Counted from the first letter of the stretch, positions 1-8,286 are shown. The stretch: DNA of 39,864 nucleotides from Steroidobacteraceae bacterium (GCA_035514045.1 DATKBK010000129.1:1-39864), one strand, 5' to 3'. The notes: generated from the sequence alone by a model not told the origin. Numbers and translations are program-made.

Positions 1-438
1 CCGGCCGCGGAAGGCGCCGTCCGCACGGTGGTGGTGAGATTCGATGACAGCAGGTATTTGCCGCCTGACAATCCTCACCAGCTGCGTGAGGCCTTCGAGC
101 AGTTCTGCGAGAAGGCACAGGCCATCGGCAATCCCCACGAACAGGCATTCTTCACGATGGCGTTCATTCCGTACCTGCAACCGTTTCAGGACGGCAACAA
201 GCGCACCTCCAGGCTGGGAATGAATATCCCGCTGGTGAAAGCCTCGCTGGCCCCATTCTCGTTCGCCGACATCATGCGGCGCGACTACATGCTTGGTCTG
301 CTGGCGTTCTACGAGCGGGGGCGGCACCAGATTCTGGCGGACGCTTTCGTGCAGGCATATGGAAAATCGGCCAGCAGGTACGCCGAACTGGTCATGCACA
401 TCAACGCCGGCGGATTGCTTGGGAGCCTGGCCCACTGA
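1..438 (+). CDS. Fic/Doc (Fido) family protein, 5'-truncated by the window edge, with a non-canonical active-site motif
   Basis: The frame is open from nt 1 with no upstream stop. The translation contains ...FFTMAFIPYLQPFQDGNKRTSRLGMNIPL, which matches the Fido core HxFx(D/N)(G/A)N(G/K)R except that Gln (CAA, 178-180) replaces the His. The GNKR form resembles Doc more than AMPylating Fic. Confidence 0.6.
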   Translation, partial: PAAEGAVRTVVVRFDDSRYLPPDNPHQLREAFEQFCEKAQAIGNPHEQAFFTMAFIPYLQPFQDGNKRTSRLGMNIPLVKASLAPFSFADIMRRDYMLGLLAFYERGRHQILADAFVQAYGKSASRYAELVMHINAGGLLGSLAH

Positions 439-462
439 GATATTCAATTTGGGGTTAAATCA

Positions 463-840
463 GTGCCCGTCTCCGTCCGCATGCAGCCGCTGCTCGAAAA
501 GGAACTGGAACTTGCCGCGAGGCGCCAGGGCGTGACCAAGTCGCAATTCATCATTTCGGCGGTGGAGCGCGCCTTGGGGCGCAAGGACCCGGGGATGCTC
601 TATCACAGAGGGAGGGAAGAAGCGGCGCGCTACAGCATGGGCGAAGGCGTACCCGAGGATGACCTTCCCGGGCACAAATTTCCTTTGCGCAAGACCCTGC
701 GCGCGGGGCACCAGCGGCAGCAGGATGAATACGCCGCCTGGCTGGCGCGCGCTTCGGGCGTTGCGCGGATACTGACGCTCGACGTTCGTGACTTCTCGCG
801 CTACCGCCTGCCAGACGGGCGGGCTTTCGAGATCCTGTGA
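463..840 (+). CDS. Ribbon-helix-helix (CopG/VapB-like) antitoxin fused in frame to the C-terminal ~25 codons of a PIN (VapC-like) toxin
   Basis: The N-terminus VSVRMQPLLEKELELAARRQGVTKSQFIISAVERAL has the typical RHH beta-strand plus two-helix pattern. The last 25 aa (ARILTLDVRDFSRYRLPDGRAFEIL, nt ~763-837) resemble the final strand and tail of PIN toxins (xLTLDxRDFxxYR...F.LL). No PIN N-terminal acidic residues are present anywhere. GTG start at 463 with GGGG about 10 nt upstream. Confidence 0.55.
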   Translation: MPVSVRMQPLLEKELELAARRQGVTKSQFIISAVERALGRKDPGMLYHRGREEAARYSMGEGVPEDDLPGHKFPLRKTLRAGHQRQQDEYAAWLARASGVARILTLDVRDFSRYRLPDGRAFEIL

Positions 841-1076
841 CTACCGCCTTATCAACGCCGGAATCATCTTCTTCGGCGACGCCGCCGAGGCTGATGGCCG
901 CGATCCACCTGGTGCGCCGGCGCTACGGGAGGAAGGCCGTCGACTGAGCGGCGCGACATGCGGTGGAGATTGTCGTCCGTCTTTCCAGACGAACCCGACA
1001 CATTGCCGTGTCCCCGCCAGTCCCGCGGCGGGGCAGGCTTGCGACTGATGCCCGGCCAGCGGCGAAATTAACCAAC

Positions 1077-1105
1077 TTGCCATATTTAACCTACTAGGTT
1101 AGAGT
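1077..1105 (+). promoter_or_regulatory. Candidate sigma70 promoter TTGCCA-17 nt-TAGAGT whose spacer contains the MqsA operator
   Basis: TTGCCA lies at 1077-1082 and TAGAGT at 1100-1105, separated by a 17-nt spacer that is almost entirely the palindrome at 1087-1101. The predicted TSS falls at about 1110-1113, at the old mqsR ATG, so this call is tentative. Confidence 0.3.
1087..1101. promoter_or_regulatory. MqsA-type operator, perfect palindrome TAACCT-ACT-AGGTTA
   Basis: This is a perfect 6+3+6 inverted repeat read directly from the sequence. It matches the published MqsA recognition pattern ACCT-N(2-4)-AGGT and lies 9 nt upstream of the mqsR-remnant ATG. Confidence 0.7.
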
Positions 1106-1109
1106 TGTG

Positions 1110-1292
1110 ATGGAAAAAGGAACGGTGCATTGCAAGCTGCCGGTGGTGAAGGCGTTGATCGAGGCCGGCCAGGTCAAGGCGACCTTCTCCGCGCTTTCCG
1201 GCGGTGCCGCCCCGGGGTCTGGATTTCGACGGCATGATCAATGTTGTCATGTCGCTAACGCCGCAGGAGTCGTGTCCTTCAAGGAGCCGTGA
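1110..1292 (+). pseudogene. mqsR: mqsR-like toxin remnant (frameshift plus internal deletion)
   Basis: Frame 0 gives MEKGTVHCKLPVVKALIEAGQVKATFSAL, compared with E. coli MqsR MEKRTPHTRLSQVKKLVNAGQVRTTRSAL. Homology then moves to the +1 frame (GLDFDGMINVVMSLTPQE vs GLDFDGMCNVIIGLSESD) after a C4G4 run at 1210-1217. It returns to frame 0 only for the terminal VVSFKEP* (vs LIVSFKEK*). About 35-40 central codons are missing relative to the ~98-aa family length. Confidence 0.75.
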
Positions 1293-1294
1293 AC

Positions 1295-1696
1295 ATGCGA
1301 TGCCCAATTTGCGCAGCGGCCGAACTGGTGCATGACACCCGCGACCTGCCGTACACCTACAAGGGCGAAACGACCGCCATCCCGGCTGTAGCTGGCGACT
1401 ACTGCCCCGCCTGCGGTGAATGCGTGCTCGATGCCGCAGGGTCCGCGCGCGTGAGCGCGGCCATGCGGGAATTCAATCGGCAGGTCAACGCCAGCAGCGT
1501 CGATCCCGGCTTCATCGCCAGCGTGCGCAAGAAGCTGGCGCTGGACCAGCGCGAAGCGGCGGAGATTTTCGGCGGCGGCGTCAATGCGTTTTCGCGCTAC
1601 GAGAACGGCAAGACCAGACCGCCGCTGGCGCTGGTGAAGCTGCTCAAGGTGCTGGACCGCCACCCTGAATTACTGGACGAGGTCAGGGCGGTGTAG
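1295..1696 (+). CDS. mqsA: MqsA antitoxin / transcriptional regulator (N-terminal zinc ribbon plus C-terminal XRE-type HTH)
   Basis: MRCPICAAAELV...YCPACGE supplies the CxxC...CxxC zinc site. LALDQREAAEIFGGGVNAFSRYENGKTRPPLALVKLLKVLDRHPELLDEV is nearly colinear with E. coli MqsA (LSLTQKEAAEIFGGGVNAFSRYEKG...LLRVLDKHPELLNEI). AAGGAG at 1281-1286 lies 8 nt before the ATG. Confidence 0.9.
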   Translation: MRCPICAAAELVHDTRDLPYTYKGETTAIPAVAGDYCPACGECVLDAAGSARVSAAMREFNRQVNASSVDPGFIASVRKKLALDQREAAEIFGGGVNAFSRYENGKTRPPLALVKLLKVLDRHPELLDEVRAV

Positions 1697-1829
1697 CCGT
1701 CCGCCTGCACCAGCGCACGGATGCCCAGGCCCACCCGGGCGCCGACTGCAATTGTCACCGCCTGTTTCCGGGTAATGCGGGCACATAGCCGGCCCCGAAA
1801 GACCGGCCGTGGTGTGCAGACTGGCGTGC

Positions 1830-2602
1830 ATGCCCTCGCAGCAGCACGAAGCCCTCCTGGAGCTGTTCCGCAACCGTCTCACGCTGGCGCCGGAGCTGCT
1901 GCGTGATGCCTTGCACGTAACGCTGCCAGCGCATACCGCAGTCCGTATCGAATCGGCGGACCTTACGCAAGTGCAGCCCACAGAGTACCGCGCCGATCTG
2001 GTGCTGCTGCTGGTGGGCGACAGGCCAGTACTGGGCATCATCGTAGAGGTGCAGCTCGCCCCTGATCCGCGCAAGGACTATGTCTGGCCAGTGTACGTGG
2101 ACCCGTCGTACTTGGTCCTTCCAGCGTGCCGGTGGTGACCAGCGAGGAAGAAGCCAGAGCCGCGCCCGAGCTTGCGGTGCTCTCCGCCTTGGCGCACGGC
2201 AGGGACGCCGACACCGAACGGTCCGCCCGGATCGCTGCTGCGGCGCAAAGCGCCAGCCGCGATCTCGACGAAGAGCGCTCAGCGCTATACTACGATCTCG
2301 TGCAGCAAGCACTCAGCGAGGCCGCCCGCAGGGCGTTGAACGACATGGCTATCGCCAACTATGAATACCAGAGCGAATTCGCCCGGCGTTACTTCGCGCA
2401 GGGGATGGCCGAGGGCAAGGCCGAAGGCAAAGCCGAGGGCAAAGCAGATCTGCTCGCCCGTCAACTGGCCAGGCGTTTCGGCCCGTTGCCGGATGCGGCG
2501 CTCGCACGCCTTGCCGGAGCTTCCGTCGTCGAGCTCGATACCATCGGCGAGCGACTGCTGACCGTTCCCAGCCTGCACGAAGCGCTGGGCGACCTGGGCT
2601 GA
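1830..2602 (+). pseudogene. Rpn/YhgA-like PD-(D/E)XK nuclease family gene with C-terminal DUF4351, disrupted by a deletion plus frameshift
   Basis: The first frame (1830-2138) reads MPSQQHEALLELFRNR...EYRADLVLLL...GIIVEVQLAPDPRKDYVWPVYV and then runs into nonsense and a TGA. The second frame reads (GPVVLGPSS)VPVVTSEEEARAAPELAVLSALAHG...AEGKAEGKAEGKADLLARQLARRFGPLPDAALARL...SLHEAL, a typical linker plus DUF4351 tail. The two homology blocks abut at about nt 2098-2100, where full-length relatives as I recall them have roughly 40-50 more residues. Confidence 0.65.
2408..2443 (+). repeat. 3 x 12-bp tandem repeat encoding (AEGK)3
   Basis: gccgagggcaag / gccgaaggcaaa / gccgagggcaaa, read directly. 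It lies in the linker before the DUF4351 domain of the pseudogene. Confidence 0.8.
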
Positions 2603-2825
2603 CGATCCTGGACCGACACGGGGTCCTGCTCGCCTGCAAGGGCTGGGAGGCTGAGCAGCAAGGCGCCACACGCGCGGCCTGAGCCCCACCCCCAATCTGC
2701 GAGCCTTGTCACGCATCTGGCGGGGTCGCCATGCGACCATCCGAGGACCGATTTGACAGTTGCGCCCCGGCGCACCTCCACTAGACTTTGACATATCCGC
2801 AACAGGGAAGGGCCGGCGCGAGCAC

Positions 2826-4580
2826 ATGAGCGAGACTGCAACCATACCTACCCTTCGCGGCGGCGGAGGCGCCGGCGGCCTTTCGGGCCTGCCGCAGCGG
2901 CTGGTGCAGGACGGCGTCATCTCCGAAGACGACGCCCGCCGCGCGCTGGCCGCGGCCAAGGACAAGCGCTCGCACTTTGTCAACCAGCTGATCGGTGCCG
3001 GCTCTGCCAGTGCCCGCGACATCGCCGTGGCCGCCTCGGTGGAGTTCGGCGTACCGCTGTTCGACCTGGACTCGCTGGCGCTCGACCTGGACACCACCCG
3101 GCTGGTGTCCGAGAAGCTGCTGGCCAAGCACCGCGTGCTGCCCATGTTCCGCCGCGGCAAGCGGCTTTATCTGGCGGTGTCCGACCCCACCGACCTGCAC
3201 GCCATCGACGAGATCAAGTTCCAGACCAGCATGGGCGTGGATGCCATCGTGGTCGAGGACGACAAGCTGCAGAAGCTGGTCGACAAGGCCATCGAGGGCG
3301 CCGAGTCCACGGCGATGCCGGATTTCGGCGACGACGAGGGCGTGGACCTCGACGGCCTCGAGGTCACCGGCGGCGACGATCCCGAGGGCGACAGCGTTAC
3401 CCGCGACGACGTGGAAGACGCGCCCATCGTCCGCTACGTCAACAAGCTGCTGCTCGAGGCCATCCGCAAAGGCGCCTCGGATGTTCATTTCGAACCGTAT
3501 GAGAAGACCTTCCGGGTGCGCTACCGCCTGGATGGCATCCTGAAGGAAGTCGCGCAGCCGCCGGTGCAATTGGCCGGCAAACTCGCCGCGCGCCTGAAGG
3601 TCATGAGCCGGCTGGATATTGCCGAGCGCCGCGTACCGCAGGACGGTCGCATCAAGATGCGGCTTTCAAAGACCCGCGCCATCGACTTCCGCGTCAGCAC
3701 CTGCCCCACGCTGTTCGGCGAGAAGGTGGTGATGCGTATTCTGGACCCCAGTTCGGCGATGATGGGCATCGACGCGCTGGGCTACGAGCCGTTCCAGAAA
3801 GACCTGTACATGAAATACCTTGCGAAACCGCAGGGCATGATCCTGGTGACCGGCCCCACGGGGTCGGGCAAGACGGTGTCGCTGTATACCGGACTGCACA
3901 TCCTCAACAAGGCCGACACCAATATCTCCACGGCCGAGGATCCCTGCGAAATCAACCTGCCGGGCGTCAATCAGGTCAATGTGAACAACAAGGTTGGCCT
4001 CACGTTTGCCTCGGCGCTGCGCGCCTTCCTGCGCCAGGATCCTGATGTGGTGATGGTGGGAGAAATCCGCGACCTTGAGACGGCCGAGATCGCGATCAAG
4101 GCCGCCCAGACCGGTCACCTGGTGCTCTCCACCCTGCACACCAACGATGCGCCGCAGACCCTGACCCGGCTGGTGGACATGGGCGTGAAACCCTATGCCA
4201 TCGCCACCTCGGTGAGCCTGATCATCGCGCAACGCCTGGCGCGCAAGTTGTGCGTCAACTGCAAGACGCAGATGGACGTGCCGCGCGAGGCGCTGCTGAA
4301 GGAAGGCTTCGATGAAGATCAGGTCGCCAAGGGCATGCAGCTGTTCGGTCCGCGCGGATGCCAGAACTGCACCGACGGCTACAAGGGACGCCTTGGCATC
4401 TACCAGGTGATGCCGGTGACCGAAGAGATCGGCCGCATCATCATGACCGGCGGCAACGCCCTGGACATCGGCGACGCCGCTCGCAGGAACGGCGTGTGGG
4501 ACCTGCGACGGGCGGGCCTGGCCAAGGTCGCGGCGGGGCTCACCAGCCTCGAAGAAATCAACAGCGTGACGATCGATTAA
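2826..4580 (+). CDS. pilB: Type IV pilus assembly ATPase PilB
   Basis: Walker A motif GPTGSGKT, GspE/PilB family core (RVPQDGRI, DPDVVMVGEIRD), and the tetracysteine CVNCK...CQNC. Start chosen at ATG 2826 (MSETATIP); the ORF-track start at 2760 is an upstream extension. Confidence 0.95.
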   Translation: MSETATIPTLRGGGGAGGLSGLPQRLVQDGVISEDDARRALAAAKDKRSHFVNQLIGAGSASARDIAVAASVEFGVPLFDLDSLALDLDTTRLVSEKLLAKHRVLPMFRRGKRLYLAVSDPTDLHAIDEIKFQTSMGVDAIVVEDDKLQKLVDKAIEGAESTAMPDFGDDEGVDLDGLEVTGGDDPEGDSVTRDDVEDAPIVRYVNKLLLEAIRKGASDVHFEPYEKTFRVRYRLDGILKEVAQPPVQLAGKLAARLKVMSRLDIAERRVPQDGRIKMRLSKTRAIDFRVSTCPTLFGEKVVMRILDPSSAMMGIDALGYEPFQKDLYMKYLAKPQGMILVTGPTGSGKTVSLYTGLHILNKADTNISTAEDPCEINLPGVNQVNVNNKVGLTFASALRAFLRQDPDVVMVGEIRDLETAEIAIKAAQTGHLVLSTLHTNDAPQTLTRLVDMGVKPYAIATSVSLIIAQRLARKLCVNCKTQMDVPREALLKEGFDEDQVAKGMQLFGPRGCQNCTDGYKGRLGIYQVMPVTEEIGRIIMTGGNALDIGDAARRNGVWDLRRAGLAKVAAGLTSLEEINSVTID

Positions 4581-4589
4581 GGACTTCCC

Positions 4590-5816
4590 ATGGCGCAATC
4601 CTCCTCTGCCATCCGCCAGATCAAGCGTGACACCCCCTTCCTCTGGGAAGGCAAGGACAAGCGCGGCAAGCCCGTCAAGGGCAAGACCCTGGCCAAGGAC
4701 GAGAACGCCCTGCGTGGCCTGCTGCGCCAGCAGGGCGTGGCGCCCAGCCGCATCAAGAAACAGCGGGTGCGTACCGGCGGCAAGGTCAAGCCCGCGGATA
4801 TCTCGGTGTTCGCCCGCCAGCTGGCAACGATGATGGCCGCCGGCATTCCGCTGGTGCAGTCCTTCGACATCGTCGGCGCCGGCCACGAGAACCCGGCGAT
4901 GCAGAAGCTGATCCTGGACATCAAGGCCGACGTGGAAGGCGGCATGGCGTTGCACGAGGCGCTGGGCAAGCGGCCGCTGTATTTCGACGACCTGTTCGTG
5001 AACCTGGTCGAGGCCGGCGAACAGGCAGGCGCGCTCGAGACCCTGCTCGACAAGATCGCCACCTACAAGGAAAAGACCGAGGCGCTCAAGGCCAAGGTGA
5101 AGAAGGCGCTGATCTATCCGGCCGCGGTGCTGGCCGTGGCCGTGATCGTCACCATCATCCTGCTGATCTTCGTGATCCCGCAGTTCGAGGAACTGTTCAA
5201 GGGGTTTGGCGCCGACCTGCCGGCGTTCACGCAGATGGTCGTTAGCATGTCGAAGTTCGTCCAGACCAAGGGCATCTTCCTGGCCATGGTGGTGGTGGGC
5301 GCGGTATTTGCGTTCTCCTACTTTTACAAACGCTCGCGCAAGATGCGCGAGATGCTCGACCGGATGACGCTCAAGGTACCCGTCATTGGCCCGATCATGC
5401 ACAAGGCGGCGATTGCCCGCTTTTCGCGCACGCTGTCGACCATGTTCGCGGCCGGCGTGCCGCTGGTCGAAGCGATGGATTCCGTGGCCGGCGCCACCGG
5501 CAACATCGTGTACGAGAATGCCACGATGGCCATCCGCGACGAGGTGGCCACCGGCACGCGCCTGCAGCGCGCCATGGAGAACACCGGCCTGTTCCCCAAC
5601 ATGGTGATCCAGATGATCGCGGTGGGTGAGGAATCCGGCGCGCTCGACGAGATGTCGGGCAAGGTGGCGACCTTTTACGAGGCCGAGGTGGACAACGCAG
5701 TGGACTCGATGTCGAGCCTGCTCGAGCCGATGATCATGGCCATCCTGGGCGTGCTGGTGGGCGGCCTGGTCATCGCCATGTACCTGCCCATCTTCAAGCT
5801 GGGCGCGGTGGTGTAA
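4590..5816 (+). CDS. pilC: Type IV pilus inner-membrane platform protein PilC (GspF family)
   Basis: Duplicated GspF-type domains (ARQLATMMAAGIPLVQSF... and FSRTLSTMFAAGVPLVEAM...) and hydrophobic TM segments. It starts 9 nt after the pilB stop. Confidence 0.95.
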   Translation: MAQSSSAIRQIKRDTPFLWEGKDKRGKPVKGKTLAKDENALRGLLRQQGVAPSRIKKQRVRTGGKVKPADISVFARQLATMMAAGIPLVQSFDIVGAGHENPAMQKLILDIKADVEGGMALHEALGKRPLYFDDLFVNLVEAGEQAGALETLLDKIATYKEKTEALKAKVKKALIYPAAVLAVAVIVTIILLIFVIPQFEELFKGFGADLPAFTQMVVSMSKFVQTKGIFLAMVVVGAVFAFSYFYKRSRKMREMLDRMTLKVPVIGPIMHKAAIARFSRTLSTMFAAGVPLVEAMDSVAGATGNIVYENATMAIRDEVATGTRLQRAMENTGLFPNMVIQMIAVGEESGALDEMSGKVATFYEAEVDNAVDSMSSLLEPMIMAILGVLVGGLVIAMYLPIFKLGAVV

Positions 5817-5851
5817 GCCACCCGCCTGCAAGCCAAAGCCGCCTCGCCCGC

Positions 5852-6736
5852 GTGATCGACCTGCTGTCCGCCTCGGCGCCGCTGTTTGCCGGCGTGGTGT
5901 TCCTGCTGGGGCTGCTGGTCGGCAGCTTCCTGAACGTGGTGATCCACCGTCTGCCGGTGATGCTGGAGCGCGCCTGGCGGCGCGAGTGCCTGGCGCTGGA
6001 TGGCAAGGAACCACCAGCCGAAGCGCCCTACAACCTGGTGGTGCCGCGCTCGGCCTGCACCTCCTGCCAGGCGCCCATCGGCGCGCTGCAGAACATCCCC
6101 GTGCTCAGCTGGCTGCTGCTCGGCGGCCGCTGCCGCAGCTGCAAGGCGCGGATCAGCGCACGCTATCCGCTGGTGGAGCTGTTTACCGCGGTGCTGTCGG
6201 CGGCGGTGGCGTGGAAGTTCGGCTTCGGCTGGACCGCCGCTGCAGCGCTGGTGCTGACGTGGTTCCTGGTGGCGCTGGCCTGCATCGACATCGACACCCA
6301 GCTGCTGCCCGACAACCTCACCCTGCCACTGCTCTGGCTGGGCCTGCTGGTTGCGCTGCTGCTGCCGTACCACACCGGCGCGCGGCTGCCGGTGGATCTG
6401 TCCGACGCGGTGATCGGCGCAATGGCCGGCTATCTCGCGTTATGGTCTATGTATCACCTGTTCCGCCTGCTCACCGGCAAGGAGGGCTTTGGCTACGGCG
6501 ACTTCAAGCTGCTGGCGGCGCTGGGCGCCTGGCTGGGCTGGCAGATGCTGCTGCTCATTGTGGTCGGCGCAGCCAGCGTGGGCGCAGTGGTGGGCATCGC
6601 CGCCATCGTGTTCAAGGGGCGCGACAAGAGCGTGCCGGTGGCCTTCGGGCCCTACCTCGCCGCGGCAGGCTGGCTGGCGCTGATGTGCGGGCCGGAGCTT
6701 GTCGGCGCGTATTTCGGTCTTTACGCTCCGCGCTGA
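5852..6736 (+). CDS. pilD: Prepilin leader peptidase / N-methyltransferase PilD (A24 family)
   Basis: N-terminal CTSC...CRSC cysteine pairs, a polytopic membrane profile, and the conserved GFGYGDFKLLAALGAWLG aspartyl motif. GTG start. Confidence 0.95.
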   Translation: MIDLLSASAPLFAGVVFLLGLLVGSFLNVVIHRLPVMLERAWRRECLALDGKEPPAEAPYNLVVPRSACTSCQAPIGALQNIPVLSWLLLGGRCRSCKARISARYPLVELFTAVLSAAVAWKFGFGWTAAAALVLTWFLVALACIDIDTQLLPDNLTLPLLWLGLLVALLLPYHTGARLPVDLSDAVIGAMAGYLALWSMYHLFRLLTGKEGFGYGDFKLLAALGAWLGWQMLLLIVVGAASVGAVVGIAAIVFKGRDKSVPVAFGPYLAAAGWLALMCGPELVGAYFGLYAPR

Positions 6737-6754
6737 AGGAGCATCCCGACCATC

Positions 6755-7384
<630 letters not shown>

Positions 7385-7452
7385 GCGGGGCGCCGCCGGT
7401 CACGCGGTCGCCCTGCGGCGACATCGCATGCCTTACGCCGGGCGCCCGGTTT

Positions 7453-8283
7453 ATGCAAAATAGCCGGATGACCCAGCAGCAGGCGGTCGCCGAGCGGCCC
7501 GCCAATACCTCGACCAGCGGCACGGCGTCGCTGATCTTCGAGCAGCCGCTCAACGAGCGGATGCGTACCTACCTGCGCCTCGACTATCTCTACAACCAGG
7601 CGCTCTATCACAACGAGAAGGCCAGCCAGTGGGGCAGCCGCGCGGCGGTTTCGAGCCTGATTGACATCCTCGCCATCACCACCCGCAGCGATGTGCGCGC
7701 CGACGTAATGAAGGAGATCGAGCGCCATCTGGTGCAGCTGGATGGGTTCGCCAACAAACCCGGCGTTGACGGTGCCCGGCTGCGCGCCCTGACCAACAAC
7801 CTGACCCGGCTGCGCGGCTCGCTGTCGGCGGCGGGCAATACCTGGCTGCAGCCGCTGCGCGAGTCGGAGTTCCTCGCCGCCATCAAACACCGCAGCGCCA
7901 TTCCGGGCGGCACCTGCGAGTTCGACCTGCCCGACTACTTCTTCTGGCTCAACCAGGATGCCGCCAGCCGCACCCAGGCCTTCAACGAATGGCTGGCGCT
8001 GATGCGGCCGCTGTGCGATGCCGTGGCCGAGGTGCTGTGGCTGACGCGCCAGAATGGCCGCGCCCGCGATGAAGTGGCCATGGGCGGCAGCTTCGCGATC
8101 AACTTCGATCGCGACACGCCGCTGCAGCTGCTGCGCATCTTCCTGCCGTCCGGGGCCGGGCTGTATCCAGAGATCAGCGGCAGCCATCATCGCTGCAGCG
8201 TGCGATTCCTGCGCTGGAACGGCCTTGCCACGCGGCCCTCGCAGGCCGACGAGGACGTGCCCTTCCAGCTCATCACCTGCTGA
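7453..8283 (+). CDS. zapD: Cell division protein ZapD (YacF family)
   Basis: LIFEQPLNERMRTYLRLDYLY matches the conserved ZapD N-terminus, and the gene sits next to coaE as in E. coli. The start is ambiguous between ATG 7453 and ATG 7468. Confidence 0.85.
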   Translation: MQNSRMTQQQAVAERPANTSTSGTASLIFEQPLNERMRTYLRLDYLYNQALYHNEKASQWGSRAAVSSLIDILAITTRSDVRADVMKEIERHLVQLDGFANKPGVDGARLRALTNNLTRLRGSLSAAGNTWLQPLRESEFLAAIKHRSAIPGGTCEFDLPDYFFWLNQDAASRTQAFNEWLALMRPLCDAVAEVLWLTRQNGRARDEVAMGGSFAINFDRDTPLQLLRIFLPSGAGLYPEISGSHHRCSVRFLRWNGLATRPSQADEDVPFQLITC

Positions 8284-8286
8284 GGG

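Noticed and set aside
841-1083. ORFs of about 80 aa on both strands in the spacer between the RHH-PIN fusion and the mqsR remnant, plus a CCCCGCC...GGCGGGG hairpin at about 1012-1033.
   Set aside because: The translations are low-complexity with no recognisable family and no RBS. The hairpin lacks a U-tract on either strand. The region may be further decayed island DNA, but nothing is supportable.
2408-2443. The (AEGK)3 12-bp tandem repeat, considered as a possible contingency or phase-variation locus.
   Set aside because: There are only three imperfect in-frame units, and similar EAKG-type linkers are common in this protein family before DUF4351. The gene is already a pseudogene.
2603-2825. 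Candidate pilB promoter elements (TTGACA at about 2752, TAGACT at about 2781, a second TTGACA at about 2786) and a sigma54-type GG-N10-GC box.
   Set aside because: Spacing between the hexamers (23 nt) does not fit sigma70 rules. The best alternative -35 is poor, and no TGGCAC-N5-TTGC-like element is present.
3666-6014. A 782-aa ORF antisense to pilB/pilC. Similar long antisense or alternative-frame ORFs occur at 5986-6981, 19502-21106, 22973-24601, 25587-26987, 27035-28576 and 29164-30273.
   Set aside because: The translations are Arg/Gly/His/Ala-rich, low-complexity and motif-free. They lie opposite genes with unambiguous family motifs. This is the expected artefact of stop-codon-poor, high-GC DNA.
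7407-7449. GTCGCC-ctgc-GGCGAC hairpin (7407-7422) and the 12-bp palindrome CCGGGCGCCCGG (7438-7449, followed by TTTAT) between coaE and zapD, considered as terminators.
   Set aside because: The first has no U-tract. The second would have a 2-4-nt loop with only a 4-5-bp stem and abuts the possible zapD start. This is too weak to call a terminator, and coaE-zapD are probably co-transcribed.
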